DNA from: Octopus vulgaris
Taxonomy: Eukaryota
Length of the DNA: 64,000 nt
Reading direction: 5' to 3'
NCBI GenBank assembly: GCA_951406725.2
Contig: OX597819.1
Coordinates: 54,746,001-54,810,000 of the forward strand
Of this stretch, positions 28,186 through 42,330 are shown piece by piece. The position numbers were made by a program, and so were the translations under genes. Below the pieces are notes generated by a model. That model was not told the origin of the DNA, searched no databases, and was given only the letters and a program-made list of their open reading frames with translations. The number at the start of each line of letters is the position of its first letter. Within the stretch, counting starts at the first letter, position 1.

Positions 28186-29921
28186 ATATATATATATATA
28201 TATATCGTTGTTTCGATGGAGGCAACTGGTGTCGTTAGTTAATTAATAAAAGTTCTTTTTTTGTCAATGCTATCGAGACAAAGGCAGTTCTTCATGGCTG
28301 TGACAGAGAATCAGTTTAGCAGTGCCTTGGCATTAGCGCTGTTGTCTAGAAAGGAAAGTTAATCTAAAGAAAATTTCAATTCATATAACTCTCTGCTGCA
28401 TTTCAAGTAATGTTCAAAGCAAACCTAATTTAAAACTAAAGATATTTCTCAAAGTATCATAATATACATAAATGCATTTATTATAACAGTCATTCTTTAC
28501 TTCTGAGAAGCTGTCTTCTTGGAGAAGAACTGCTAGACGGAGTATGCCTGTGATATGCAAGTCCTCGAATATCATTCCTATATCCATATTTTTGAGATAT
28601 ACTTGAATTTGCGCATGTGTGATATTTTGTTTCAGCTAAATGTTTTGTTTTTTTTAATTGTAGAATTTCTTTGTTGCTTTTGGGTAAACAGCTAATTCAC
28701 AACAGTTGAAGTGGAATAGTCAATGAAAACGTTGTAGACGTACGACAAAAGTCTTTGACACGTTGTATTATATAATGCTATCACAAATTAAGATAAAAGT
28801 CACCATATCTCTATACATTTATATTTAAATGGATATCGTCTCTCTTGCATGATGAAACAGTTTGGGAATAGTATTAATTTCTAAACGTCAACTCAGACCA
28901 AGTCACTTTCCAAATCTGGCGATGGTAGAGCAATGTTTCTCAAAGGAAGACAAATAAGGAGGCGTCTTATGTATACTCCAACTTATTCTTCGCCGCTCAT
29001 TTCTTTTGTCTCAGACTCTTTAGACAAAATAAGGAGGCAGCGGTTTCTCTTTCCCTGGAATTGAAAAAGTACATATACTGGGTGAATTTTCCCTTGAAGT
29101 CAGCCCACAGTATCTCTTAACGAACACACTAATCTCGATGGAGCTGTCATCAATGATTTGGTAATTTTAGGTAATATTAGGTAATTTTAAACCATAGCTG
29201 TAAGCACAAGCATGACTTTTCTGAAATGTTATAAAAAACCTACTGAAATTGTATACAAGGGAGAGTACTCGTATCTTTTGCATCAAAGTTACTCTTCAAC
29301 GAGCAGCTGTTACAGCACCTAGCAGACGCCCAACAGTCCTATGTTGTATGAACTGAACTAATTAAGAGGCACAGTTTTTATGTGTCGTCCAGTTTTTCTT
29401 AGAATTCCCAGCTGCCTCATTATTAAATCGAAATCGTCTGAAGAGTGAGACATTTTTTGCGTCTGTGAAACTTTGTGTAATGCAGTTTTAAGATCACAAA
29501 CTATTAATACAGGCGCACACACTCATACATATGTCCTTATGATTTTACATTATCATTGAGGATGCTGTACTGGGGCTTACAGTAATGTCTTTTAACAACG
29601 CCTTAAATTTACATAGCATATAATAGTCAAGTAAGTTTTTGCTTTTCAAATCGTGAAACTGGATGGTTGTTAAATTACTACTTAATCACTTTATTCACTA
29701 TCACAATATTTTGTTTTATGGTGAACTTTGAAATGTTTTTCTGTCATCTCACTCCCACCTCCTTCATTTGTCTTTTGGTAGTAAGATTTTGATTCCTAGC
29801 AATTTTGAAGGGCTTCGAATAATTTCAATTGGTAAATAAACTGCTGCATGGTATTACATAGTAGATGCGCTGACAAAATTAATGCATTTTAAAGTTTGAT
29901 AATATTTCATAGGAATCTTAC

Positions 29922-30122
29922 CACATTTTGCTGGTCACGTCCTGTTGAAATTCCTTTATATTCAAAATTCAAAAGCTTATTTCTATATTCATAACCATTT
30001 TCTTTTTTCTCAGCAAAATGATTTTGCAGCATAGCAGACATGTAGCGTTCGAATTTTACATTTGATTTGCCTTCTTCTCGGATCAACTTTTCTAGTTTAT
30101 ATTTCGTTGTTCCAATCAAAAC
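29922..30122 (-). CDS. Paralog C exon 4
   Basis: Acceptor attgcttAG, donor GTAAGA, phase 0-0, 67 codons: VLIGTTKYKLEKLIREEGKSNVKFERYMSAMLQNHFAEKKENGYEYRNKLLNFEYKGISTGRDQQNV. Confidence 0.85.
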
Positions 30123-30461
30123 CTAAGCAATATAATGAACAGCATCAACAATTAATATTTGTCTTTCCTTTGCCAGGAGTCAATAAAAAAATAACCAACA
30201 ATAGGAGACTTTACAGCAGCCATCAATTTTCCTTTACATAGTTTTCCATTGCGTCTAAAAAAAATCAGTGTTTCAGTGACATTGTGTCAACGAGAGAAAT
30301 CAATATTTTCGGTTTTGTGATAAAAAGATTGCTTCCCAACCACATGGCTTCAGGTTCGGTCCAACTGCGTGGCACCTTGGGAAAGTGCCTTCTAATATAG
30401 CCACGGGCCGACCAAAGCCTTCTGAGTGGATTTGTAGATGGAAACTGAAAGATGTTTCCAA

Positions 30462-30543
<82 letters not shown>

Positions 30544-31414
30544 ATAATAATGAGGAAAGTATTAGATAGCTGGAAAGAATAGATAGTATGGTATCGTAGG
30601 CTGCAGGTGGCCAACCCGCTACGCATGTAAGACTCCAGGATCTCCAACAAAACCTGTGATAAAGAGAAATAATAATAATAATAATGATGATGATAATAAT
30701 AATAAGAGCGCCAACCTTGGCAGCGGCTGGACGTGTTCTTCGCTAGTCTGACCAGTCAGCAGCCGAAGATACAGCAACTCTTATACACCCCAGCAGAACA
30801 AGGAAAAGATAACTCTCAAAAACTGGAATATCTACAATTTCCTGTGAGTATTTAAAATTTACCTCAAAATAAGTTAAGAAACTTACATATCTACAGATTT
30901 CGAACGCACAAACAATCAGTTTTAAAAACTACAAAAGGATAGGTATTCACTTCCGTGAATACCTATCCTTTCCTTTCTCCCTGAGTATTCGAAAATGTAA
31001 AGGTCCTTTTTATTCTAGGAATACTACAGTTTTCTCTGTTCGAACAAACAAAAGATCATCTTTTAGTAAATTTTAAAACTTTAATATCTTCAGTTTTAGT
31101 TCTTTAGTCATCTTGGGGACTTTACCAAGTTTAAATTCACAATTTCAACTGAAGATATATATATACATGTATAACATAATTAATTCCCAGTAAAAAAAAA
31201 AAAAAAACGAAGAAAAAACACAAGAAAAATACAACAACGCGTGGACATGGTACATGCAAAGTATTAGCAGATGCTCAGAGAAGGAAAGAAAGGTAGTTTT
31301 ACGTTTTGAGCAAAGCTCTTCTTCAGAAACAGGAGACAAAGCAAAGTCCAAGAGAAAAGGAAGACGGAGGGAAAAAGTCGCCAACGATCCACATGTGGTT
31401 ACATTTTGAAATGA

Positions 31415-31471
<57 letters not shown>

Positions 31472-31743
31472 ATGTAAAATCGTCCATATGTCAGTATGTA
31501 AAGGGCTTCAATGTAGATTAATGAATTTCAGTATAGTCGGACTCATCCGTGCGTATTTTAAGTTTAGAAGAGCAAGAGGTATTTTCTTGGTCATAATGTT
31601 AAATCAAATGTTATAACAAAATCACAGCGTACTTCTTTCATTTGACTATCATTATGCTACTCAATAGAAATGTGAATTATTTTCCAGCTAAAAATAACAA
31701 TTTAGAAAATGTAACGTCTAGTAGATAAGACGAATTTTTTTAC

Positions 31744-31949
31744 CTTTAAATGGTGGTCCATTGATTTAAACGCTTCTACATCCAGTTTTCCAAGACTTGG
31801 AGCTAAGTCACAGTGATAGGGAATTACTTTGGTTTTCATGAAATCTGTTGTCTTTACATTTTTGAAAAATTCTCTACCTTTATCAAGGACATCCAGAACG
31901 GTGCCTGCTCCTTCAATGACAGCTATAGGATTAACTTGGGGCTCAGCAT
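31744..31949 (-). CDS. Paralog C exon 3
   Basis: Acceptor catatatAG, donor GTAAAA, phase 1-0: (D)AEPQVNPIAVIEGAGTVLDVLDKGREFFKNVKTTDFMKTKVIPYHCDLAPSLGKLDVEAFKSMDHHLK. Homologous to exons at 1001-1188 and 54663-54869. Confidence 0.9.
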
Positions 31950-33392
31950 CTATATATGAAATGAAGAAAAACAGTCTGTAATTATCGGGTTTGGGTTCAA
32001 ACATACATTTTTACGGGTGTGACATAATTCGTTATAGTTAACAAACAGGATAAGTTTAAGTAGCAGGAGTTAATCGAAGATTGTCACAAGAATTGGTGTA
32101 GAACCAGCTGTCTATCACAGAAAGTTGGCAGTTGAAGGATCACAGGTTGTTTCATGAGTATCGCTTGTGGGGACCAGAGCATAACAGAAATAAGCGGAAG
32201 AAAATCCATAAAGAACAACGTAGAGGCTTCTGCTAAAGCGTCTAGATGGCTCTGACTGAAATGGGATGATCATCAATGTCAGCAGAATGTTACATGGTAG
32301 ACATAACCGAGTCTTGATTAACCTGGGTCGGATCGCCTGGGTGATGTAGTATGTTTTAAGACACAAAACACCCAGTGATTCCAGGATACAACACTAACAA
32401 TGTGTCTAAGCATTGCATCTGTAGAACTAAATTATCGGTGTAAACGTTTCTATTTTTTAAATATTATAAATATTGTCAAACCTAATTACTATCCCGTCAA
32501 TAATTGGTTCTTTTCACACGTCTACCAAAACCCGAAGCTATAAATTACGCAACGCTAGTGACGAATAAACACTTAAAGACAACGGTAATTTATAAATATT
32601 GCTGGAGCAATATAACATTTAACATTATATCAATACGATATAAGAACAATAGGCGGTACTTAAAGTAAGTATAGATGCAACCGTCTCTCTCGATGACAAA
32701 ACTAGGAAACTTGATTGTATTACAAAATGATGTTATAGTGCGGAATATCGTGATTAACAGATTAAAATCTGCATGGTGATTACCCTATCTTCACAGATGA
32801 TTGACATTGTTCATTTCTGAGTAACGTACTATAACATCAAAAGCAAGAATTGGTTGTGTCTTCTTAATGAAAAATGTGTCAAATTGATAGTCCCCGGATG
32901 GTCAGAATAGCTTTAGTTATTGTAATTGACGAAAACAGCGTCTTAGTTATGTTTCGTTGTGTTTCTATAACCATAGGCTGTATTTTTCAACGTTTCCACT
33001 ATCATATGGGGAGCCAAAAACGAAGAACTGCGATTGTTAAGGAAGTAATGTACTATAGTATAGATATCACAGCACTGACACAAAAGTGACTGGGAGGATA
33101 GGGTAAGTTACATAAGCAAAACAACAGCTTCTGTTGGTTAGCAAGGAGGATATTGCACCAGCTAAGCTGGTGTTGGATTAGCTATCGTGAACAATTTTGT
33201 CAGCAAACTGGTGTCTTTTCAAGTTGCTATATCAGACAGCTAATGTGAGTTTTAGTTTTAATTTGAAATCTAAGTTTAACTGTTTTTAGTGTTTATGCTG
33301 ATGCAATAGCAAACGGTCAGGTTAAAATAGAAGATTTCTATCATTCATCACAGAGACCCCTTAATATCATATCAGCAACCGATAAGTTGTGA

Positions 33393-33692
33393 AGGCGCAA
33401 TGGCCAAGTGGTTAGGGCAGCGGACTCGCGATTTCGATTCCCAGACCGGACGTTATGTGTGTTTATTGAGCGAAAACACCTAAAGCTCCACGAGGCTCCG
33501 GCAGGGGTTGGTGGCAACCCTTGTTGTACTCTTTCGCCCCAACATTCTCGCACTCTTTCTTCCTGTTTCTTGAGTAACGCTGCGATGTACTGGCGTCCCG
33601 TCCAGCTGGGGGGAACACACACGCCATAGAAACCGGGAAACCGGGCCCGTGAGCCTGGCTAGGCTTGAAAACGGCGCATAAATAAATAAAAT
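33393..33692 (+). mobile_element. tRNA-derived SINE family 3
   Basis: GGCGCAATGGCCAAGTGGTTAGGGCAGCGGACTCGCG..TTCGATTCCC head and (TAAA)n tail. Other copies at 17984-18292(-), 25735-26028(-), 38010-38175(-). Confidence 0.85.
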
Positions 33693-33943
33693 AAACCGAT
33701 AAGTTGCCTCAGCGATTTTAATGAGTGAGTGAGAAGATATCTCAAACGGTGAACGTCTTTTAGGTCATTTCTGAAAAGGCCAGTAGGCAGCATTTACTTC
33801 AACAGTGCATCGTATATGGTCTGGCTGTAATAAACTACTTTTTCAAGTTTCTGGAAAGTGAAGTTTCAGTTGGTTTCATCCGCAATCGAGGGAAAGGTAC
33901 CAGTTCGACATTTTTGTAGTCTGCAAAGGTAACACTGCAAATA

Positions 33944-33975
33944 TCTCTATATATATAAAACTGAGAATGTGTGTG

Positions 33976-34018
<43 letters not shown>

Positions 34019-34747
34019 GTGTTTCCCTAAAACTTGAGAACTACACAACCAATTTTATTCAAATTTTACACATGCCTTACTTAGGGTCCATGGGGTTTCA
34101 TAGCAATATCATGTCTTCTCCACTATTTCAGTATTACGTGTTAAAAGTGAAACAAAAATATTTCTCTATTTTGTGTCAGATACTTTCACTTTAACAATAA
34201 TAATTAGAGATAATAATAACAATTGAGTTATATGTAGTAAGTAATAATTAAAAGCAAACTAAATTAAATCGTAACATAATTAAAAGTAAAAATAGCAATT
34301 GGTATAAAATTGCATCAATGACTTGAACTTGAATAAGTAGTTTCACATGAATGGGAATAAATTAAAAATAAAATAAAATTACTCGACTCGAACCTTGCAA
34401 AGTGGAAATATTTTATTTTTACCTTTATATCTGGGACGTAGGACGTCCCGGATAAAAATTAAAAATGTCCCTCCAGAAGTAGAGGTAGGCTAGATTGTGG
34501 CCACACTTCTATACTTGAGGGAGCACAAGATACAATTGATAGAAATTGCAAGAGACGGGGCCTACAATTCCAGTCTGTTATATATTTTGAGTATTGTTAT
34601 CACTAGCGATATCACGATATAACTTTGTATTTTGTATTTTATGTGTAGATGTATATATATAGATGTACATGTATTATGTACACATATATGTACACATATA
34701 TACATGCACTAGCACTATGACCAGGCAACGACGGGTCATAATGCTAG
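33944..34747 (+). mobile_element. Non-autonomous Helitron
   Basis: 5' TC(TC)TATATATAAAA followed by (CTGT)n. 3' imperfect hairpin CCAGGCAACGACGGG then CTAG. Inserted between A and T. Confidence 0.7.
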
Positions 34748-34843
34748 TAAACTATATATGTTTCATGGGGTTGTTGAGGATGAATGCATCTATGATCATG
34801 TATTAACGCGTTGTATTAACAACACATCTTAAACAAAACTTAC

Positions 34844-34888
34844 CTGTAGCCACGAGTTGCCTCATCGCAGATGAGTGTAAGGCAGATG
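34844..34888 (-). CDS. Paralog C exon 2 (45-nt micro-exon, putative propeptide)
   Basis: Acceptor tactcttcttcAG, donor GTAAGT, phase 1-1, open: (A)SALHSSAMRQLVAT. Creates a C-H-A signal-peptidase site with exon 1. Confidence 0.7.
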
Positions 34889-35001
34889 CTGAAGAAGAGT
34901 AAGCAACATTTTGTTAATCATTTTATATAATCAGATAACTCAAAAACAAAATTGGAAAGAAGAAAAAAATACTAAATGACGTGTAAGAAGTTTGAATGAA
35001 A

Positions 35002-35397
35002 TCTTTATATATAAAAGTGAGGTTGTGTGCTGTTTGTCTCCTACGATTTAGATTCCTAACTACTCCCACATTTTGCGGTGCAGTTTAACCAAAACCAGGT
35101 ATCTTATAGTCGTGATTCATATCGAGCCCTTCTGGGTATTAGCGCGCGTCTACGATGAGTCTACGATTTAAAAAAAAAAATTACCATTAAGTTTTCCCAT
35201 TTTTAATGCATTTTTGGCATATATAAGGGAAGTAACTCTCTAAAACTTAATTATTAAATCTCAGAACGTAAAAAGCTACAGTAACACCCCCCTTTGTGGT
35301 TAGCCATATTGAGATGGCTATTATACTTTACATCTCTAAAAATGCTTATATAGTTATTTCCCTTACAAACCCGAGCAACGCCGGGCGATACTGCTAG
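35002..35397 (+). mobile_element. Non-autonomous Helitron
   Basis: 5' TCTTTATATATAAAAG; 3' hairpin CCCGAGCAACGCCGGG then CTAG; A|T target. Confidence 0.75.
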
Positions 35398-36083
35398 TAT
35401 ATTCTAAAGGAAAACATTTAAAGATGGTAAATTAGCAGAATCGATAGAACATCCGAGAGAATCTTTTGCATTTGATTTATCCCCATGTGCTCCACCAAAG
35501 CCAGCTAGGGCTTTCATCATTTCGAGGTCAATAAAGAAGGTACCAGTCGATTTTGTCTCTATATTTTATACCAGGTTACTTGTGAGGTCATTCATGAGTG
35601 CTCCTGGTAACATGGGGTCCAGTACAACCTGCTGCATAGTCGGGTCGACCTCGACTAAACTGGCACTCCAACTAAGCTTGCTGGCTGAAGAGAGTTGCTA
35701 GAAACACAGCAGGATTTAAAACAAAACCTGTCAAAAGGATAGATGAAACTAGCGTAGGTTCAACGACTATTTCGCAATAGCATGGGTCCCTAAGAAGCGC
35801 CGAGCATGAAATCTCTTGGTATAGAGCTATACGAAAATTGTTTGCATATTTACTCGCTCATTCGACCTGTGGTTGAATATAGAGAACATATCTTAAAATA
35901 TGTTCTTAAGTGAGTTGTTGGTATTTGGCATCTACTTCTAGTGTAAGCCGCTGGTCACATCCAGCAGCCCTTAATTATAATTATACTTTATAAATATGTT
36001 TAAAAAAAAATTAATTTTACTTATACGGTCACTGTTACGCACTAGGCTAGTGATATAATCATTTTTTGATTATATCTTTATTT

Positions 36084-36155
<72 letters not shown>

Positions 36156-36302
36156 TGTGTGTGTGTGTCTGTGTGTATAGATAGATACCTATACACACAC
36201 ACATATATATATATATGTAAAATATGTATATGCACACACCTATATATACACATATATAAAACATACATACACACATACACGCACACATATATAATATATA
36301 TA

Positions 36303-36401
<99 letters not shown>

Positions 36402-36416
36402 GTTCATACATATATG

Positions 36417-36810
36417 TAGGAGTGGCTGTGTGGTAAGTAGCTTGCTTACGAACCACTTGGCTCCGTGTTCAGTTCCATTGCGTGACACCTTGGTCAAGTG
36501 TCTTCTACTATAGCCTCGGGCCAACCAAAGCCTTGTAAGCGGATTTGGTAGACGGAAACTGAAAGAAGCCCGTCGTAAATAGGTATATATATACATATAT
36601 ATATGTGTGTCTGTGTTTGTCTCCCCAACATCGCTTAACAACCGAAGCTGGTGTGTTTACATCCCCGTAACTTAGCGGTTCGGCAAAAGAGACCGATAGA
36701 ATAAGTACTAGGTTTACAAAGAATAAGTCCTGGGGTCGATTTGCTCAACTAAAGTCTGTGCTCCAGCATGGCTACAGTCACATGACTGAAACAAGTAAAA
36801 GAGAGTAAAA
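36417..36810 (+). mobile_element. tRNA-derived SINE family 2 (internal (TA)/(TG) tract, AAGTAAAAGAG tail)
   Basis: GGAGTGGCTGTGTGGTAAG...ACCTTGGxCAAGT...CTTAGCGGTTCGGCAAAAGAGACCG. Other copies at 21757-22207(-), 40645-41032, 41876-42330(-), 52840-53200, 59278-59583, 62598-62910(-). Confidence 0.85.
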
Positions 36811-36834
36811 AGTATATACATACATACAAACATG

Positions 36835-36891
<57 letters not shown>

Positions 36892-36914
36892 ACATACATA
36901 CATACGTACATACA

Positions 36915-36993
<79 letters not shown>

Positions 36994-37125
36994 GTACGTA
37001 ATGAAAAGTATGTATAAAATCATATGTTCTATGAAGATTTTAGGTACTTGATTAGAGATTATTACTAAAATCGGTTTGCATAACAAATAAGAACATGGCA
37101 TTGGTCATCATCATAATATACCCAC

Positions 37126-37198
37126 CGTGGCAACTTGGAAGGTACAGAATGGCGCCAAGAAGCGCGAAAATGGCTGCGAACTGCATGATTGAAGTCAT
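37126..37198 (-). CDS. Paralog C exon 1 (signal peptide) of an uncharacterised secreted protein
   Basis: ATG at 37198; reads MTSIMQFAAIFALLGAILYLPSCH plus 1 nt, then donor GTGGGT (phase 1). Hydrophobic core. TATATATAA lies about 40 bp upstream. Ends like paralog D exon 1 (FPALH). Confidence 0.85.
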
Positions 37199-37237
37199 AG
37201 CACTGCACTTGGTCAATCTTCTCGATTGAGAGTAGAC

Positions 37238-37246
37238 TTATATATA
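37238..37246 (-). promoter_or_regulatory. Putative TATA box of paralog C
   Basis: TATATATAA on the minus strand about 40 bp upstream of the ATG. Confidence 0.55.
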
Positions 37247-37565
37247 GTGTGGAACAGATTGTTAAATTCTCAAAGCTGCCTTCGAGATGAATAGAAATGA
37301 AAGCGTACAATTTATATTTCCCGTTATTTGATGTAGCTCTATTCTTAATTTCATTGTTAAGAAAGTCCCACTATAATAGAAATTACGTTATTGGACACCT
37401 TTATAATCCATGTAATTCTATTTACTATAGATATATTATTCGGAGGCATGTCACAATTACGCTTTTGCTTCTTTCTCGCTCTTTTCCTGTATATATCATT
37501 CTTCCATTATATTGAAATAAACCAAGCACGCCTTTTTCCTTCTTTTTACACAAACCTTCACGGAA

Positions 37566-37606
<41 letters not shown>

Positions 37607-37872
37607 TCAATCCCCCTCGTCGTCTCCTCTCATCTCATTTTAAATCTATTACCTCAGCACCACAATACCTATTACATTGTTCTCTCTTACTTTGTTTGTC
37701 TTTCTCTCTCTTTCTCTCTCGCGCTCTTTGTATACTTATCTCCCCTATTTTCTATTTCTTTCTTTCATTCACTCCCCCTCTCTCCCCGCAGTTATACACT
37801 GAAATGTATTAGAAAGTAAGACAATATATATTTGTTGACAATAAATTATATATCTATTAAAATAGCTCGAAA

Positions 37873-37918
37873 CTTTAGACCTAAAGTTTCACGTACTTTG
37901 CACGATCTTCAGTAAAAG
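37873..37918 (-). ncRNA. Hammerhead ribozyme-like motif
   Basis: ttta-CTGAAGA-tcgtgc aaa gtacgt-GAAAC-tttag-GTC-taaa. Confidence 0.5.
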
Positions 37919-38347
37919 GAATTGAGTCTACTGAAAAAAGTTTTCTCGGGGTAAGAGACGTAATTAACTGTATATAGTTTTCTTGTTAGAATATTAGAAT
38001 ATTAAGTTTATTATTTATTTATTTATTTATTTATGCGCCCTTTTCAAGCCTAGCCAGGCTCATGGGCTCGGTTTCCCGGTTTCTATGGCGTATGTGCTCC
38101 CCCCAGCTGGACGGGACGCCAGTCCATCGCAGCGTTACTCAAGAAATACGAAAAAAGAGTGAGAGAAAGTTGGGGCATTGCACCTCGACAGAATGTTACG
38201 TGATCACGGAGAATTCGTGTATATATTAAACAGGTGTAGCGCTGTGATTTTACAAGATTAATTAGAATACACACAGACACAAACATATACAGAGATACAT
38301 ACATATATGTACAGACACACACATATTGTTATATTACGGGATGGTAA

Positions 38348-38631
38348 TTTTTTGCCAAATAAACACACGCACTGTGTATTCGTTCTTCAATCGTTTATTA
38401 TTGTTCTTATTTTATTTTATGTCCATTGTCTGGAAATCTTTCGTCACACATCTGTGACCTCTTCAGCGATACTTTCCATCCGTGTGTATCCTCCTTCTCC
38501 GCCTAGTCCGTGCTGAGAATGGGCTAGGCGGGGACTAGGCGGAGCAGGAGGATACACGTGGATGAAAAAGATCGTTGAAGAGGTCACAGATGTGTGACGA
38601 AAGATTTCCGGAGGTGTTTATTTGGCAAAAA
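38348..38631. repeat. Inverted repeat with degenerate hammerhead-like cores
   Basis: Arms at 38431-38509 and 38532-38609, plus outer TTTTTGCCAAATAAACAC / GTGTTTATTTGGCAAAAA. Confidence 0.8.
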
Positions 38632-38713
38632 ATAATGACCGTCCCAAAATATAACAATAGCTATTTCAACACACTGTTTCACATCAGGAATCTTGAAACA
38701 TAAATTCATAAAC

Positions 38714-38776
<63 letters not shown>

Positions 38777-39234
38777 CGTGCGTGCGTGTTGTGCGTGTGT
38801 GTAAACAAATAACAACAGATGGATAGTGTTTCACTCACTACAGCTGTTTCAGACTTGTTTTTATTGATGAATAGAGTTATTACATTATGCGAAAAAAAAA
38901 CCGTTTTCCTCAGGTGAATATATGTACGAATTATGCATTATAAAAGATTATTCTACGAATCCAAGTCTGTGCCATTTCCTGACTCGAATATGAAACATCA
39001 TAACAAAATCAGTGCTGGCTATAATTTCTATGGAAAATTTGTAGAGATGACCTTAACACGTGATTTAAGAGCACTGCTAACACAGTAGTACACGGTATTG
39101 ACTTATAAAAATGCTTAATATACTTTGAAGTGTATTATTGTTGCATAACGAAATTTCATGTCTCTTACAAGTCATTAATATTTAAAGAACCAATATTCAG
39201 GAATATTTCATATGAAAATTGGTACATCCAATAA

Positions 39235-39500
39235 CGTATCAGCTGAGATTTCCAGTTATGTATACATCGGTTCGTGCAGCATCACCTTCAAAGCCAGAGT
39301 AGGCAACCACTATTCTAGCTTCAAACCCCAAGTAAGAACTAACGGCACATCTTTTTCTCAGCTAATTCACAACCTTAAACAAAACTCAATTCCATATAAT
39401 TTTAAATGTTCCATAGTCACCTATGCTAAACAGTATAACGGCTATAACAGCAAGTGCGATCTATTGTTTGAACGAACGAAATAATCTGACTTTTAATAAC
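39235..39500 (+). mobile_element. Penelope-like GIY-YIG endonuclease fragment
   Basis: YVYIGSCSITFKARVGNHYSSFK...KCDL, homologous to the PLE endonuclease at ~12600-12800. Confidence 0.7.
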
Positions 39501-40644
39501 CAAGTTAGATTATGCAACAAATTCTCAAAGTATAAATAACAGCGCCCCATTCTCTCTACTCACCTCCCGTGTCATTCCCTAACTATTTCTCTGCCCCTAC
39601 TTGCAGCTCTTCTATGTATTTATGTCTAACAACTTTTTAACTGCCTTTATAATTTTTGAACTATTTTACTTTTAATTTTTTAATATTTTTTATTTTATTT
39701 ATTTATCTTATAAACTTTATATTTTTCATTTCCCATAATCTTCCTTCAGTACATGAAAATATACACTGCTCACGCGCGCATACTCATCTACTTGATACTA
39801 CAGGTGCACAAAAAATACGCGCATGTACGCTAATATGTGCTTATATAGTTTAAAAATTAAGTGATAAATCACTAACTTACCTAAGTATTACGTCCCCACC
39901 TTGCCCAAAACCATTACCTTCCACCTCCCTCTCCTAACAATTTCTTAATTTGATACCACTCCTACATCTTTTTCTTTGACTCTGTTTAAATGTATTTACA
40001 GGGTACCACACTATATTTACTTATTTATTCTACAGTAGCCCCTGTAAACGACCCCAGCCAAAATTCACTTAGACATTCCCTTAGTCAGCTTCAATAATAC
40101 CAAACTTTTTCCCCTACTCATTCTCCTCTCCTTTTCTTTTTCGCATTCTTATATTTTTACTTAACAAGTTTAAACATTTACCCACTCCCGTATATTACTC
40201 CTTCACAAATATGCTTTCCTTTATCTTCTTTAACTCTGTACTTTCCACACATTTTCGATCGAATCTCCTGCGAGTTAACATGACGACAATGTAAAATTCA
40301 TTTGATTAAGGTCTCTTTGGCCCGACGAGTAGCTAGTGGATTACCCCTCATTTGGGTATTTACTACTTCTGAGATTCAGCTAGCTATGAAACATATGTAG
40401 CCTGGATTTTATCTACTCCATTCCTTAATTTGGGATTTTTACTTGCATACACATCAAGCCCAGCTGCTTACCGTAAGCTATAACAATTTTTTTCAGCTTA
40501 TCGAACTTCGCTATGAGACAAATTTACAACCTTCTACGTCAACAAACCCCTATTGTTCTGAACGTTGTTTTTATACCTTCTGATTGCACGAAGCTTATCA
40601 ACTTCCTAAACTTTGATATTTGGATCTTACCTTTACATATAATA

Positions 40645-41032
40645 TTGTGTGGTAAGTAGCTTGCTAACCAACCACATGGTTCCGGGTTCAGTCCCACTGT
40701 GTGGCATCTTGGGCAAGTGTCTTCTGCTATAGCCCCGGGCCGACCAATGCCTTGTGAGTGGATTTGGTAGACGGAAACTGAAAGAAGCCTGTCGTATATA
40801 TGTATATATATGTATGTATGTGTGTGTGTTTGTGTGTCTGTGTCTGTCCCCCTAGCATTGCTTGACAACCGATGCTGGTGTGTTTGCGTCCCCGTCACTT
40901 AGCGGTTCGGCAAAAGAGACCGATAGAATAAGTACTGGGCTTACAAAGAATAAGTCCCGGGGTCGAGTTGCTCGAATGAAGGCGGTGCTCCAGCATGGCC
41001 GCAGTCAAATGACTGAAACAAGTAAAAGAGAG
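40645..41032 (+). mobile_element. SINE family 2 copy
   Basis: 3' part nearly identical to 59278-59583. Confidence 0.85.
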
Positions 41033-41046
41033 TATACACAGACATG

Positions 41047-41604
41047 CAGGAAGTAAATAGACACCTTTAATTTTCAAAATTTCTGATCTAAGCATCTTAA
41101 TATGTTTTCAGTAGTGTAGAATTTACAAGGTAATTGTTCTTTTTCATTCCAAGTGCCATTGTATTAAACATTTGCGAAGAGTGACCATGCCACGCACAAA
41201 AAATTCAGCAGAACAGTCAGATTTTCAAAGAGGTCGTATCGTTGGGCAATCTGAGGCTGGTCTTAGCCAGCGAAAAGTTGCCGGAAATCTTCAAATTCCT
41301 CTTGCTACTGTTAATAGAATTATAGTGCAATTCAAAAGCCAAGGAAAAGAATCAACAGATTCTCATCCCGGCCGACCTGGGCCCTCGGAAAGGAAGCTTC
41401 GCTGTTTGAAGAGAATTGTGGAAAACGAACTCCGTTCGAAGGCTTCTGACATTGCAAAACAGCTAGAAGTTCGTCCAAGAACGTGTGTTACATATCTGCA
41501 TAGGCTTGGGTATTATGGACGAGCAGCTAGAAGAAAACCTATCCTTCAAACAATTAAAATCAAATAAAAGATTTTGAAAATTAAAGGTGTCTATTTACTT
41601 CCTG
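41047..41604 (+). mobile_element. Internally deleted Tc1-like element retaining the N-terminal HTH ORF
   Basis: Perfect 34-bp inverted repeats at 41047-41080 and 41571-41604. ORF MPRTK..SDFQRGRIVG..GRP..AARRKPIL, with no DDE domain. Confidence 0.85.
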
Positions 41605-41875
41605 TCTTTGATACAGTATGTCCTCTGTTTTGCCGAAGTTGTTGAGGATTTGATGTTGAACAAGTACAGAGAATGATACCAAAGACACCTCACATCTTGT
41701 TTATAGATTGCGATGCTGCAGATGCCTTCGAAGTACTGTTCCAGAGGCAAATTCTCTAGTAAGCTTTGCGTTATATTTCACAAACATATACTAAATAGCT
41801 GTTTGAGTTCCGGGAATAAAGTTTAACAATAGATGCAGTGTAAGATTGTGTGAAATCTAAATAAGTTATCAGACT

Positions 41876-42330
<455 letters not shown>

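Noticed and set aside
28500-29450. Possible very old RT remnant
   Set aside because: Motifs too degenerate to assign.
33393-33450. tRNA-like sequence
   Set aside because: It is the head of a multi-copy SINE and lacks a complete cloverleaf.
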